Notes under the pieces: generated by a model | Database searches by the model: none | What the model saw: the letters and a program-made list of their open reading frames with translations, nothing else | Told to the model about the DNA's origin: nothing | Shown: positions 1 to 10,714 of the stretch, in pieces | Position numbering within the stretch: position 1 is the stretch's first letter | How the letters are laid out: the number at the start of each line of letters is the position of its first letter | Assembly: GCA_963758635.1 (NCBI GenBank) | Contig: CAVWWD010000004.1 | Span: forward strand, 288,001-352,000 | DNA length: 64,000 bases | Origin: an uncultured Candidatus Rokubacteria bacterium | GTDB lineage: Bacteria; Methylomirabilota; Methylomirabilia; Rokubacteriales; CSP1-6 | Reading direction: 5' to 3' | Translations under genes and position numbers: made by a program

Positions 1-437
1 CAGAACTTCGCGCCGCGCGGTTCGTTCACTACACGGCGTTTCTCGCCGCGCTGGCGGAAGGCCTCGCCGGCACCGGTGAGGCGGTCCGGGGTCTCGCCGT
101 CGTCGACGAGGCGCTCGCACAATCGGAGAAAGCCGAGGAGCGCTGGATTCTGGCCGAGCTGTTGCGCCTCAAAGGCGAGCTCGTCGTGCTGCAGGATGTG
201 CCGAACGCCGCCACGATCGCCGCAGATCACTTCCAGCAGTCGCTTGAGTGGGCGCGCCGCCAGGGTGCGCTCGCGTGGGAGCTGCGCAGCGCCACGAGCC
301 TGGCGCGGCTATGGCATCGACAGCGCAAGACGACCCAGGCGCGCGCGTTGTTGGCGGCTGTCTACCGCCGATTCACCGAGGGCTTCGATACCACCGACCT
401 CGTATCGGCGAGGACGGTTCTCGAGTCCTGCCGGTAG
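1..437 (+). CDS. C-terminal part of a wHTH-ATPase (STAND-like) transcriptional regulator, truncated by the window start
   Basis: Frame from nt 3 reads ELRAARFVHYTAFLAALAEGL...AELLRLKGEL...AWELRSATSLARLW...VYRRFTEGFDTTDL, closely paralogous to the C-terminus of 4647-7488. Confidence 0.85.
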   Translation, partial: ELRAARFVHYTAFLAALAEGLAGTGEAVRGLAVVDEALAQSEKAEERWILAELLRLKGELVVLQDVPNAATIAADHFQQSLEWARRQGALAWELRSATSLARLWHRQRKTTQARALLAAVYRRFTEGFDTTDLVSARTVLESCR

Positions 438-525
438 ACCGGCCGACGCGGTACCAAACGGATCACGGCGGCATCGAGGGAAGGGGAAGGAGGGTCGCAA
501 CGGGAGGCGAGCAGAGGCGATCTTC

Positions 526-1384
526 CTAGGATTCACGTTCACCTCCTCTGGGACTGACAGCGATGCCATAGCGTGCGGCCGGTGTGCTGAGTGAGAGGTT
601 CGGGATCATCGTGTGTCGCGCCGCCTCGTACGCCTCCCACTGCGCGAGATCGGGGAGCGACGGGATTGTGACGACCTCCCCGCGGTCCAGTCCCGCCAGG
701 CGCGGCGTCGACCATGTCGTCCACATCCATGACGATGCTCGGGCGGCAGGGACGCCAACGGCGTGCCGGCCTTCTCCCAGATCGCCGTCCGGGTCGCCCC
801 GGGCAGGACCACCTGCACGCGGACGCCCTTGTTGGCGACTTCCTGCTGCAATCGCAGGCTCAGGTTGAGCAGGTAGGCTTTGGTGCCGCTGTAGCTGCCG
901 TTGAACCGCTCCGGCGCGAGCGCGAGGACCGAGCTGATGTTGATGAGCGTGCCGCGGCTGCGCGCGACGAAGCCGGGAATCGCCGCGAGTGCCAGCCGGG
1001 AAGGCGCGAGCACGTTGAGCTGGATCATGCACTCGAGCCGGTCGGGATCCGCGCTCGCCAGGTCGCCGCTCATGGCGACGCCGGCGTTGTTGACGAGGGC
1101 GGTGATGCCGGCGTTCGTCCGCAGCACCTGTTCGACGCGGGCGAGGTCCGTCTTCCTGGCTCAGGTCGGCCGGGACGACCTCGACGGAACGACCTGTCTC
1201 CTGGCGGAGGCGGACGGCCAGCGCATCGAGGCGTTCTCGATAGCGCGCGATCGAGGATCAGGTCATGACCGCGACGCGCCAGCCGATCGGCGTACACCGC
1301 CCCGATGCCGGAGGACGCGCCCGTGATGACCGCGATGCCCGGGGCCGTCCCGCGGGTGTACAGGACCTTGTCGAAGCCCATCAC
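526..1384 (-). CDS. Short-chain dehydrogenase/reductase (frameshifted)
   Basis: TGASSGIG Rossmann motif, VNNAG and YSGTK (YxxxK) spread over ORFs 1070-1384, 606-1127, 539-730 and 526-1032. Confidence 0.85.
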
Positions 1385-1407
1385 TCACTCCTCCTCATGT
1401 CCTTGTG

Positions 1408-1809
1408 TCATTCGACCACCGTCAGCAGGGGTTTGCCCTTCTCGACGATATACGTGGCGAGCTCCGCGGCGCGGCCGGTACCGACGTTCCTCGCCGAGTG
1501 GACCGTTCCGGCCGGGATGAACAGGACGTCGCCGGCCTTGAGGGTCACCGGCGGCTTGCCCTCGACCGTGTATTCCCACGTACCTTCGAGGACAAAGATG
1601 ATCTCTTCGCCCGGATGCGTGTGCCTGGGGGCCGTCGTTCCCGGCGCGAGCTCGACGATCGTCTGGACGACCTCGCGTCCGGTGACGCTCAGGTCATGCC
1701 GCTGGAGATCGATGCGCCGGGCTCCCACTTGCTGCGCCGGCGCTACGTGGAACGCCAGGCCGGTCGTGGCGAGCAGCACCGCGACTACCATGATTCGAGT
1801 GGCTTTCAT
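1408..1809 (-). CDS. Secreted cupin domain protein
   Basis: Signal-like N-terminus MKATRIMVVAVLLA; HTHPGEE and GDVLFIPAGTVH cupin motifs; AAGGAG RBS. Confidence 0.9.
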   Translation of the reverse strand: MKATRIMVVAVLLATTGLAFHVAPAQQVGARRIDLQRHDLSVTGREVVQTIVELAPGTTAPRHTHPGEEIIFVLEGTWEYTVEGKPPVTLKAGDVLFIPAGTVHSARNVGTGRAAELATYIVEKGKPLLTVVE

Positions 1810-1828
1810 GACGACTCCTTTCGCCCTT

Positions 1829-3173
1829 TCAGCGTGATTCGCGCAGCGATCGAAAGGCCGCGCGGAGTTCCTCAGAGAAGAGTTGCGGCTGTTCCCAGGC
1901 TGCGAAGTGCCCGCCCCGGTCGACCTCATTGAAGTAGACGAGGTTGCGATAGGCGCGCTGCGTCCAGCTCTTCGGGGCCCGGTAGATCTCGCCGGGAAAG
2001 ACGGTCATCGCAACGGGGAGCGAGATCTCGGCTGTCCTCTGCACCGAAGCGCTCGTATTGCTCTCGCCGGTCGCCCTCCCAGTAGAGTCGCGCTGAAGAG
2101 ATTGCGGTGTTCGTCAGCCAGTACAGGGTGACGTTGTCGAGCACCTCGTCCTTGGATCAGTCGAGTCGCTGGGGCTGTCGCCACGCGTTGTAGTCGGATA
2201 GCATGAAGCGCCACGCGCGAGGCCGACCGGCGAGTCCGCCAGGCCGTAGCCCAGGGTCTGCGGGCGTGTCCCCATCGATGGCCTCGATAGCCTGCCCCTT
2301 CTTGGCCGAGAAGCGTCTGAGCGCCTCGAATGCGGCGTTCTCTGCGGCAGACAGTCCGGCGGGTGCCGGATCCGCCAATGGCGAGCATGCCTCGGCCGAT
2401 CTCCGGCGGCACGCTCGCCGGCATAGTTGAGGTGGATGCCCAGCAAGCCCGCCGGCGCCTGGCGCGCCATCGCGCTGGAAATGGGCGCACCCCAGTCACC
2501 ACCCTGGGCGACGTAGCGCGTGTACCCGAGGCGCTTCATCAGCTCGCACCCATGCCCGCTGCGATGCGGTCGGGGTCCCAACCGGTGCCCGTCGGCTTGC
2601 CGGAGAATCCGAAGCCCGGAATCGACGGCATGACGAGATCGAAGGCGTCTTCCGCGCGTCCGCCGTAGGCCGTGGGGTCGGTCAGCGGGCCGACGGTCTT
2701 GAGCAGCTCGAAGACCGAGCCGGGCCAACCGTGGGTCATGATCAGCGGCAACGCGTTCGGATGGCGCGAGCGGACGTGGATGAAGTGGATGTCCACGCCG
2801 TCGATCGTCGTGACGAACTGTGGCAACGCATTGAGCTTCGCTTCCGCCTTGCGCCAGTCGTATTCGTGCCCCAGTAGCGCACCAGCTCCTGGAGCTTCGC
2901 CAGCTGGATGCCCTGCGACTGATCGGTGACCGTCTCCCGGTCGGGCCATCGTGTCGCCGCCACGCGGCGGCGAAGGTCGGCCAGGGCTTCCTCCGGAACG
3001 TTGGCGCGGAACGGGCGGACCGAGCTGTCTTCAGCGGCGGGGCGCGAGACCTGGGCCTCGGCCGCCGGAACGATCGGCGCGTAGCCGGGAACCGCGAACA
3101 GGGCGAGGGCCAACACGCCCGCGAGGGTGGCGCGGGCCATGAACGTGTGCGGCGCTCGTTCACCGTGACGCAT
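1829..3173 (-). CDS. Epoxide hydrolase family protein with signal peptide (frameshifted)
   Basis: RPFRANVPEEALADLRRR, HGWPGS, QGGDWG and GGHFAAWEQP motifs in successive frames. Confidence 0.88.
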
Positions 3174-3207
3174 GGTGGTCGTCCTTTCCGTTGCGCTTCG
3201 TGTCGGT

Positions 3208-4282
3208 TCAGCCGAACGTGAACGCAAAGGCCTCCACGCCGGCGTCCAGGAACTCGATCTCGAACTGACGTTCCGCGATGGGCTTCGGCTGTCGGATCAG
3301 CTGATACAGCCGCGGCTGGGTCACCGTGCCGATGCCCTGCTCGTCCACGTCGAGTCCGTGAGCGGCCCCGGGCGGCCGTCCGTCGATGAGCACGCGAAAT
3401 CGCACGGCCGGCGAGCGCCCGCGTCGGTCGCATGACGAGATGAAGATCGCGGGCGTGGAAGCGGTACGCGATCCGCCCATTCGCCTCGTTGAGGACGGCC
3501 GCGTGCTTCTCTACCGTCCAGTCGCCAACCAGCGCCCACTGATTGAGTATGCAGCCGCGCCGGGAGCGCGTAGGTGCGAGGCGTGCCCGGTCGGGCGCCG
3601 CCGGGCGAGGCAAACTTCTCGCGTCCTCTCGTAGCCCAGATAGTTCTCCGGCGATTTCAGGTTGATCCAGTCGGCCGCCGCCTCGACCCCGCGTGCGTCG
3701 ACCGACACCAGGTGACGGGGGATCTCCGGCGACTCCAGTGTCGGCCAGCACCTGCTGGATCATCCTCTCGGACCGTTCGTATTCGCCCTCGCCGAAGTGA
3801 CGATGTCGAAGCCGCCCCTGCCCATCGAGGAGGTAGAGAGCCGGCCAGGAGTGATTTCTGAACGCTCGCCAGATCGCATGGTCGTTGTCGATCGCGATCG
3901 GATAGCCGACCGTCCAGGTCCTTCGCAGCCCGGCGAACGTTCTCGAGGGCCTTCTCGAACGCGAACTCGGGCGCGTGCACGCCGATCACGACCAGCCCCT
4001 GCGCCCTGTAGCGCTCGGCCCAGGCGCGGACGTAGGGAAGCGAGCGAAGCCAGTTGATGCAGGTAGAGGTCCAGAAGTCGACGAGGACGACCTGTCCGCG
4101 GAGCTCGGCCGCCGTCAAGGGCGGCGAATTGAGCCAGGCCGTCGCGCTCTCGAGGGAGGGCAACGCGCCGTCGATGCTCGCTCGGGCTGCGGCCTTCGCA
4201 CCGACCGATCATGCCGAGCGGGAGTGATGAGGGCGAGCGAACGCAAGAAGGCGACGGCGTTCAAGGTCAATCCGTCCGACAT
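3208..4282 (-). CDS. Redoxin/thioredoxin-like protein (DipZ C-terminal type; frameshifted)
   Basis: WLNSPPLT..LRGQVVLVDFWTSTCINW, GVHAPEF, LKSPENYLGY and QPRLYQLIRQ...VEAFAFTFG; GGAGG RBS before the ATG at 4282. Confidence 0.8.
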
Positions 4283-4450
4283 CGGTCTGTCCTCCGTTCA
4301 CGCGCTGGTGACGACGGCACCGTTACGATGCGAACGTCCGCGCTCGGGATTCCGGCGCTCGCAGAGACGTGGCGAGCTGCGACTGGATGTTTGTCATGGA
4401 GCGCACGATACGGAATCCCGTCTGAACAGTCTTTGCCGCGGCCTCAATCG

Positions 4451-4546
4451 TTCTGAAGCTACGGTTTCAGTGCCGCGAGGCGGCCTCGGGCGGAGGCGCC
4501 GGCGTTCTGAATGGATCTAAAAACTTCTGAAGAGATGGGTTTAGAA
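4451..4546. promoter_or_regulatory. Candidate operator repeats in the divergent promoter region
   Basis: TTCTGAA at 4451, 4505 and 4525; TTCTGAA-N8-TTCAG (4451-4470) and TTCTGAA-N8-TTTAGAA (4525-4546). Confidence 0.5.
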
Positions 4547-4646
4547 TCGGTACCGTGCAAGGCCAGCCCCAGGCTTTTGCCCCTGCTGATACCGCCGGCA
4601 TGGTCGCGGCGAGAGGCGCTTCGCGAGGCCCGGCGGGTTCGTTGAT

Positions 4647-7488
4647 ATGTCAGCCGACCCCGAACGTCCCGCGTCCGTGCAGTTCGGCCGCTTTATGATC
4701 GTCCCTCATCGCCGCGAGCTCCGCGTCGACGGCCGCCCGGTGGAGCTGGGCGGGCGCGCGTTCGACACGCTGGTGGTCCTCATCGACGCCGGAGGGACGA
4801 TGGTCGACAAGGACGCACTGATGCGCGCCGTGTGGCCGGACCGAGTGGTCGAAGAGCACAACCTCCATGCGCAGATGTCGGCGCTCCGCAAGATCCTCGG
4901 CCCCGACCGGAACCTCATCCAGACGGTCGCCGGACGGGGCTACCGGTTCGCCGGCCTGGTCCGGGAGGCCGAGGCGGCGAATGCGGCTCCGGCGTCACGA
5001 CTGACGAACCTTCCCGCTCGCTGTCTGAGCTGATCGGGCGGGAGGCCGCCCTCCAGACCGTGATGGAGCTGGTCACGGTTCGGCGTCTCGTGACCTTGAC
5101 CGGGACGGGCGGCGTCGGCAAAACGCGACTGGCGACGGAGGCCGCTCGAGGGCTGCTGCCTCGCTATGCCGACGGTGTGTGGTTCGTCGATCTCGGGCCG
5201 ATCGCCGATCCGGAGCTCGCCGCCGTCACGGCCGCCACCGCTGTCGGCATCCCCCTCGGCGCCGGGCCGGTCACGATCGAGCGGGTCGCCGCGGCGCTCG
5301 CGCCGAAGCGACGTCCTGGTGATCCTCGACAACTGCGAGCACGTGATCGACGCCGCCGCTGCGCTGGCGCGGTCGCTCGTCGTCGCGGGTGCCCGCTGGT
5401 TCGGGTCCTCGCGACGAGCCGCGAGCCGCTCCGCGTGCCGGACGAGCACGTGTACAGGGTGCCGTCACTCGACGTCCCCGCCGAGAACAACCTCGACATG
5501 GACGATGTGCTCACGGCATGGGGCCGTTCAGCTGTTCACGGCACGAGCGCAGGCGGTGGCACGAGCCTACGAGGTCGACCGGCGCAGTGCACCGACCGCG
5601 GCGGCGATCTGCCGGCGGCTCGACGGCATTCCCCTCGCGATCGAGCTGGCCGCGGCACGCGTCGCCGCCTTGGGCATCGAGGGGGTCGCCGCGAAGCTCG
5701 ATGATCGCTTCCGCCTGCTCACCGGCGGGCAACGAACGGCGCTGGCGCGCCAGCAGACGTTGCGGGCGACCCTCGACTGGAGTCACGAGCTCCTCTCCGA
5801 GCCGGAACGCGTCCTCTTCCGTCGCCTCTCGGTCCTGGCGGGCAGCTTCTCGCTCGACGCCGCCGCTCGATCGCAGCGGACCCGAGGCTCGCCGCGGGTG
5901 ACGTCGTCGAAGGCGTCGCGAACCTCGTCGCCCAGTCGCTCATCTCGGTCGATCTGAGTGGCGCGGTGACCTGCGTATCGCTTGCTCGAGACGACGCGCG
6001 CCTACGCGCGCGAGAAGCTCGCCGAGAGCGGGGAGGTCGAGCGCCTCAGACGGCGCCACGCCGAGTATCACCGCGATCTGTTCGAGCGCGCGGACACGGA
6101 GTGGCCTACCGGCCGACCGTCGAGTGGCTGGCCACGTACGGGCCCCGGCTCGATGACCTGCGGGCGGCGCTCGACTGGGCGTTCGGTCGTCGACGGAGAC
6201 GGCGTCCTCGCTGTCGCGCTGACGACCACCGCCGTCGCGCTCTGGTACCAGCTGTCGCTGCCCGGCGAGTGTCGCGCGCGTGTCGAGCGCGCGCTGTCGA
6301 CGTTCATGGCGATGGAGCATCGCGACCCCCGCCGGGAGCTCGCGCTGCAGGCCGCGCTCGGCTGGTCGCTCGGGCACACGACGGGGACCGCGCGCGAGAC
6401 GGCGACCGCGTGGGCCACCGCGCTGCGGCTGGCGGAGGAGCTTCAGGACTCCGACTATCAGCTGCGTGCGTTGTGGGGACTCTGGGCCCATCACATCAAC
6501 CGTGGAGAGTTCCGCCAGGCTTTGTCGCTCGCCGAGCGGTTCGGGGCGGTAGCGACGAAGGCGAGCGCCACCTCCGATCGGCTCGTCGGCGAACGAATGC
6601 TCGGTGTCGTGCTGCACTTCCTCGGTGAGCAGCCGCGGGCGCGCCGCCATATCGAACGCATGCTGGAGCGCTATGTCGGCCCGCCGAACAGGTCTGACGC
6701 CGTGAGATTTCAATACGACCAGCGCGTGACCGCGCGCGTCACATTGTCGCGCGTGCTGTGGCTCCAGGGCTTCACCGACCAGGCGATGCGAACCGTTAAG
6801 GAGCCGTCGACGACGCGAACGAGCACGCGCTGTCGCTGTGCAACGTCCTGGGCCAGGCGGCATGCCCGGTGGCCATCGCGAGCGGCGACCTTGCCGCCGC
6901 GGACCGCTACGCCGCGATGCTGGGCCGATCACGCCGAACGCCACGGCGCTGACGTGTGGCAGACGTATGGTCGCTGCTTCAGAGGCATGCTGCTCATCAA
7001 GCGCGATCAGCTCGATGTCGGTGTGCCGATGCTCAGCGCAGCGGTCGACGAGCTCCGTACCGCGCGGTTCGTCCAGTACTACACGGCGTGTCTCGCCGCG
7101 CTGGCGGAGGGGCTCGTCTGCGCCGGCCAGGCCGAGCGGGGCCTCGTCGTCGTCGACGAGGCGCTCGCACGATCGGACACGGCCGAGGAGCGCTGGATTC
7201 TCGCCGAGCTGCTCCGCCTCAAGGGTGAGCTCGTGTTGCTGGCACGCAGCGCCGGACGCCGCTGTGGTGGCCGCAGGAGCACTTCCAGCAGTCGCTCGAG
7301 CTCGCCCGCCGACAGGAGGCGCTGGCCTGGGAGCTGCGGACGGCGATGAGCCTCGCGCGACTCTGGCGGCGACAGCGAGGACAAGCCAGGCGCGCACGCT
7401 GTTGACCGCCGTTTACCGGCGCTTCACGGAGGGATTCGACACCACCGACCTCGTCGCGGCGAAGGCGCTTCTCAGGGGGTTGCGGTAG
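4647..7488 (+). CDS. OmpR-type wHTH + NB-ARC-like ATPase + helical-repeat regulator (several frameshifts)
   Basis: N-terminal wHTH (LIQTVAGRGYRF), Walker A GTGGVGKT, Walker B ILDNCEH, LDGIPLAIELAA, TLRATLDWSH. Confidence 0.88.
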
Positions 7489-7609
7489 TGGCTCGGCGAG
7501 CGCCTGGGACCTGGGCTACGCGCTCGACGTGCTCCATCCGCTGGCTCAGCGTCCTGACCGAGCCGGCTAGCCTGCGCGTTCCCGCGGGAACGTCCACGGG
7601 GCGGACTAC
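7489..7609 (+). repeat. Direct repeat, copy 1 (partner at 11818-11949), containing a 16-bp palindrome
   Basis: Both copies encode WLGERL.DLGYAL(D/A)VLHPLAQRPDRAG* followed by CGTTCCCGCGGGAACG and GGGCGGACTAC. Confidence 0.85.
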
Positions 7610-7774
7610 GGCGAGCCCCGCGATGAGGCCGAGCAGCGTGGACTTGCCGCTGCCCGACGGGCCGGAGATGGCGACGAACTGGCGCGCGGGGATCGACAGC
7701 GACACGCCGTCGAGCACGCTCACCGGGCGGCCCCCGCTGGTAAGCCGCATCGAGAGGCCGCGCACCTCGATCAT
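7610..7774 (-). pseudogene. Truncated ABC ATP-binding protein (YbbA/LolD-like N-terminus only)
   Basis: MIEVRGLSMRL...VLDGVSLSI...AISGPSGSGKSTLLGLIAGL; similarity ends at the repeat junction. Confidence 0.75.
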
Positions 7775-7905
7775 CGGAGCCATGCTACACGACGGGTCGA
7801 GCGGCCTAGTTAGGCGTACCGGCCAGTCCGCGCACCTGACTGGCCCATCACCGCCGCGATCAGCGGATCGAAGCCGTCGGCCTGGCCGGCGCAAGGCCGT
7901 CGCCG

Positions 7906-8139
7906 TCAAGCCGACCGACGGCAGGTTCTGACGGACACGAGGTCGTCGTCGGCGACCGGCCTGACATCCCGGGTGTTGAGCGTGAGCAGCGCCGCCGTCC
8001 TTCCAGAGGCCGTAACGAACTCCACCTCGAGCCCGTCCGGCTTGTGGATTTCGACGACGGCACCCAGGTCGCCCTTTCGCAACCCGTGAGCATCGAGATC
8101 CCGATCGAGCACCACCGTATCGAGAACGGAGTAGGTCAT
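7906..8139 (-). CDS. DUF4926-like small protein (putative antitoxin/immunity protein)
   Basis: LDTVVLDRDL..HGLRKGDLGAVVE....EVEFV pattern; start overlaps the stop of the upstream gene. Confidence 0.75.
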   Translation of the reverse strand: MTYSVLDTVVLDRDLDAHGLRKGDLGAVVEIHKPDGLEVEFVTASGRTAALLTLNTRDVRPVADDDLVSVRTCRRSA

Positions 8140-8477
8140 CAGCCATCCTCTGGGTACGCGGTCACGAACCTGGGAACCTCCTCACCCGTCCGGACAAACC
8201 ACACACTCACCACCCTCGCCGGCCTGCCCGATGGTCCCGTGAGGGTACCGCGGATCGAGTATTTCTGCCCATAAGCGGTCTGCGCCTCGAGCGTTGCATC
8301 CCGAGACAGGTGCTGGGACCGGAGGTCCACCTCGAGCTGTCGCCACTCGCCAGGCGAGTAGCCGAGAGCTCGAAAGAACGTGGCCTTGAGACGACCGATC
8401 GGATGGCTCGACGAAAGCAAGTATCCATGCAGCTTCACCGGATCGATGACGGCACGGTCGGCGTTCGGGATCCGCAA
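8139..8477 (-). CDS. DUF6883-like protein (putative toxin)
   Basis: IPNADRAVID..KL..YLL...HP.G..KA.FF..LGY...YGQKY...W......PRFVTAYP pattern. Confidence 0.75.
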   Translation of the reverse strand: MRIPNADRAVIDPVKLHGYLLSSSHPIGRLKATFFRALGYSPGEWRQLEVDLRSQHLSRDATLEAQTAYGQKYSIRGTLTGPSGRPARVVSVWFVRTGEEVPRFVTAYPEDG

Positions 8478-8714
8478 TCGCGACGGCCTCGCGCACAGCC
8501 TAGCTCACTGTTCAGCTCCTCATCGAACGGATAAGTCATCACTACGGGGCTGAGGGACCGCCATGCTGCGTTGCTTTTGGAGCCGCCCTCGGCTGGGCCG
8601 GCGGTGCGCCCGCGACAGGGGCGCAGCCCTCGAGCCACGTCGTCGCCGCTCGCGCGTCGGGGGCCCTGACGGGCGGCGCGAGCGGCGCGACCCTCCGGAC
8701 GACCGGGCCGGGTC

Positions 8715-9990
8715 TCAGCGGCCGGCGTCGGCGCGGGCGACCACGACCTCGCCCCGCTGGCCGAGCGCTGCGTGGAACTTGCAGAAGAACCCGACCGCGC
8801 CGGCCTCCGGCAGGGTGACGTTGACGTTGATCGACGGCGCCCGGCTCGATGTCCCGGTCCACGCCCTGCGCGGGGACCGTGATGTTGTGCAGCGTGCTCG
8901 ACCGGCTGGTCAGGCGCAGCCGCAGCCGCTGCCCGGGCAGGCCACGGACCGAGTCGGGCTTGAAAGCGTAGTCCTCCGTCTGGAGGCTCACCACCGCCTC
9001 GGCGGGCGCGGCGGCCCGGGCGGGGCCGGGCTGGACCGCGATCTTCCGGGGACCCTGGCCGACCTCGACCGTCGCCAGCACCGTGCGGGTCTCGAGGTCG
9101 ACGATCGAGACGTTGCCGGAGCCCTCGTTGGCGACGAAGGCAAGGCGCCCGTCCGAGCTCGCGGCGACCCAGTGGGGCGTCTTGCCGACGCCTACCACGC
9201 CGCTGACGCGCGCGGTGGCCACGTCCACCACCGCCAGCTCGCCCGGCCCCTGGCTCGGGACCAGGGCACGGCGGCCGTCGGCAGTGAACGGCGCGTGATG
9301 GGGTGAGGCGCCGACGGGGATGCGCCCGGCCGGGCGGTTGGTGGCGGTGTCCAGCACGTGCACGGCATCGTCGCCGGCCACGGTGTAGTAGAGCCAGCGG
9401 CCGTCGGGACTCACGTCGAGCGCCCGCGGGGTGCGGTCGAGCGGCACGCGCGCGCGCTCGACTCCGCGGGCGAGGTCGATCACCACGAGCGCCGTCGCCC
9501 CCTGCTGCTGCGAGCCGACGTAGGCCGTCCGGCCGTCCGGCGCGAAGGCGCCGTTGTGGGCGCGCGCCACGGGCACGCGGGTCGTGATGCGGTCGGTCGC
9601 GGTGTCGATGACGAGCGCCTCGTTGGCGCCCCACGCGGAGACCAGCACGTGACGACCGTCCGCCGACATCGCCAGGCCGTGGGGGTTCGGCCCCACGTCC
9701 ACCGTGCCGACGACGCGGTCGGTGGCGGCGTCGATCACGCTCACCGTCGAGGCGCCGTCGCTCGACACGTAGACCTTGCGGCCGTCCGGGGTGACGACGA
9801 GCCCGTGCGGGCCGCGCGCCACCGGGATCCGGCTCACCACGCGGCGCGCGGCGGGGTCGAGCACCGCCACCACGTCTTCCTTGAAGAGGCCCACGTAGAC
9901 CTTGGGTCCGGGGGACGCCTGGCCGTGGGCCAGGTCGGCGGCGATCGCGAGCAGGGAAACCAGGAAGGCGGCGAGAATTCGATGGGCCAT
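8715..9990 (-). CDS. Secreted YVTN/YncE beta-propeller fused to a C-terminal cupredoxin domain (frameshift near 8835)
   Basis: Signal peptide; repeated GPHGL..TPDG.KVYV blades; tail TLHNITV...FFCKFHAALGQRGEVVV in the corrected frame, stop at 8715-8717. Confidence 0.8.
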
Positions 9991-10045
9991 CGTGCTCTCT
10001 CCTTGTCGGGTCGGGCCCGGGGGCGGGCGTGGCGTCTACCTCCGC

Positions 10046-10121
10046 TAACGCGCCGGCGCGGTGATCGTTCGCGCCGTCACCACAACGTCATCGAGTGAAC
10101 GTTTTCGGTGCTCGCGCGTTG
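10046..10121. promoter_or_regulatory. Two divergent ECF-type promoter motifs
   Basis: Minus strand GCGAAC-N16-CGTTA (10072-10046) and plus strand GTGAAC-N16-CGTTG (10095-10121). Confidence 0.55.
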
Positions 10122-10177
10122 CGAGAGAGAGCGGGGCCGCTCGACCCTGCGTTGCCGCCCCTGCTATGGTTGGGCCG

Positions 10178-10714
10178 ATGCGAGCGCCACCGGCTGACGA
10201 GGGCGCGCGGGAGCAGGATCTCCTGGCGTATGCCGACACGCTCCACAACCTGGCGCGCTATCTCACCGGCAACGACACGGACGCCGAGGATCTCGTCCAG
10301 GAGACCTACGCGCGGGCCCTCCGGGCGGCGCACCAGTTCACGCCGGGCACGAACCTCAAGGCGTGGCTGTTCCGGATCCTGCGCAACACGTTCCTCAGCG
10401 CGTACCGGCACGAGCGCGCCAGTCCCATCACGGGCGGGCTCGACACGGTGACGTCCTCCCGCGAGGCGGCCCCGCCCGGCTGGCGGGCCGACGACGCCGA
10501 GGTGGATCGCATCCGCAAGCTGGCGGCCGAGGAGGTCGAGCAGGCGCTGGGGAGCCTGCCGGAGGACGCCCGCACGGTGATCCTGCTGGACCTGGAGGGG
10601 CTCACGGAGCGGGAGGTGGCGGAGGTGCTGGGCTGTCCGGTCGGCACCGTGAAGTCCAGGCTCTGGCGGGCGCGGACCGCGCTCCGCCAGCGTCTCCAGG
10701 ATCGCGGACGATGA
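10178..10714 (+). CDS. ECF RNA polymerase sigma factor
   Basis: DAEDLVQETY, LKAWLFRILRN (region 2); EVAEVLGCPVGTVKSRLWRAR (region 4). Confidence 0.92.
   Translation: MRAPPADEGAREQDLLAYADTLHNLARYLTGNDTDAEDLVQETYARALRAAHQFTPGTNLKAWLFRILRNTFLSAYRHERASPITGGLDTVTSSREAAPPGWRADDAEVDRIRKLAAEEVEQALGSLPEDARTVILLDLEGLTEREVAEVLGCPVGTVKSRLWRARTALRQRLQDRGR

Noticed and set aside
7613..7622. Additional copy of the ~75-bp element end (GAGCCCCGCG)
   Set aside because: Explained by the IAGL codons of the ABC remnant, and the match does not extend.
7806..7822. Integron attC site (GCCTAAC on the minus strand after the DUF4926 gene)
   Set aside because: No matching downstream GTTRRRY arm could be paired, and there is no intI gene.
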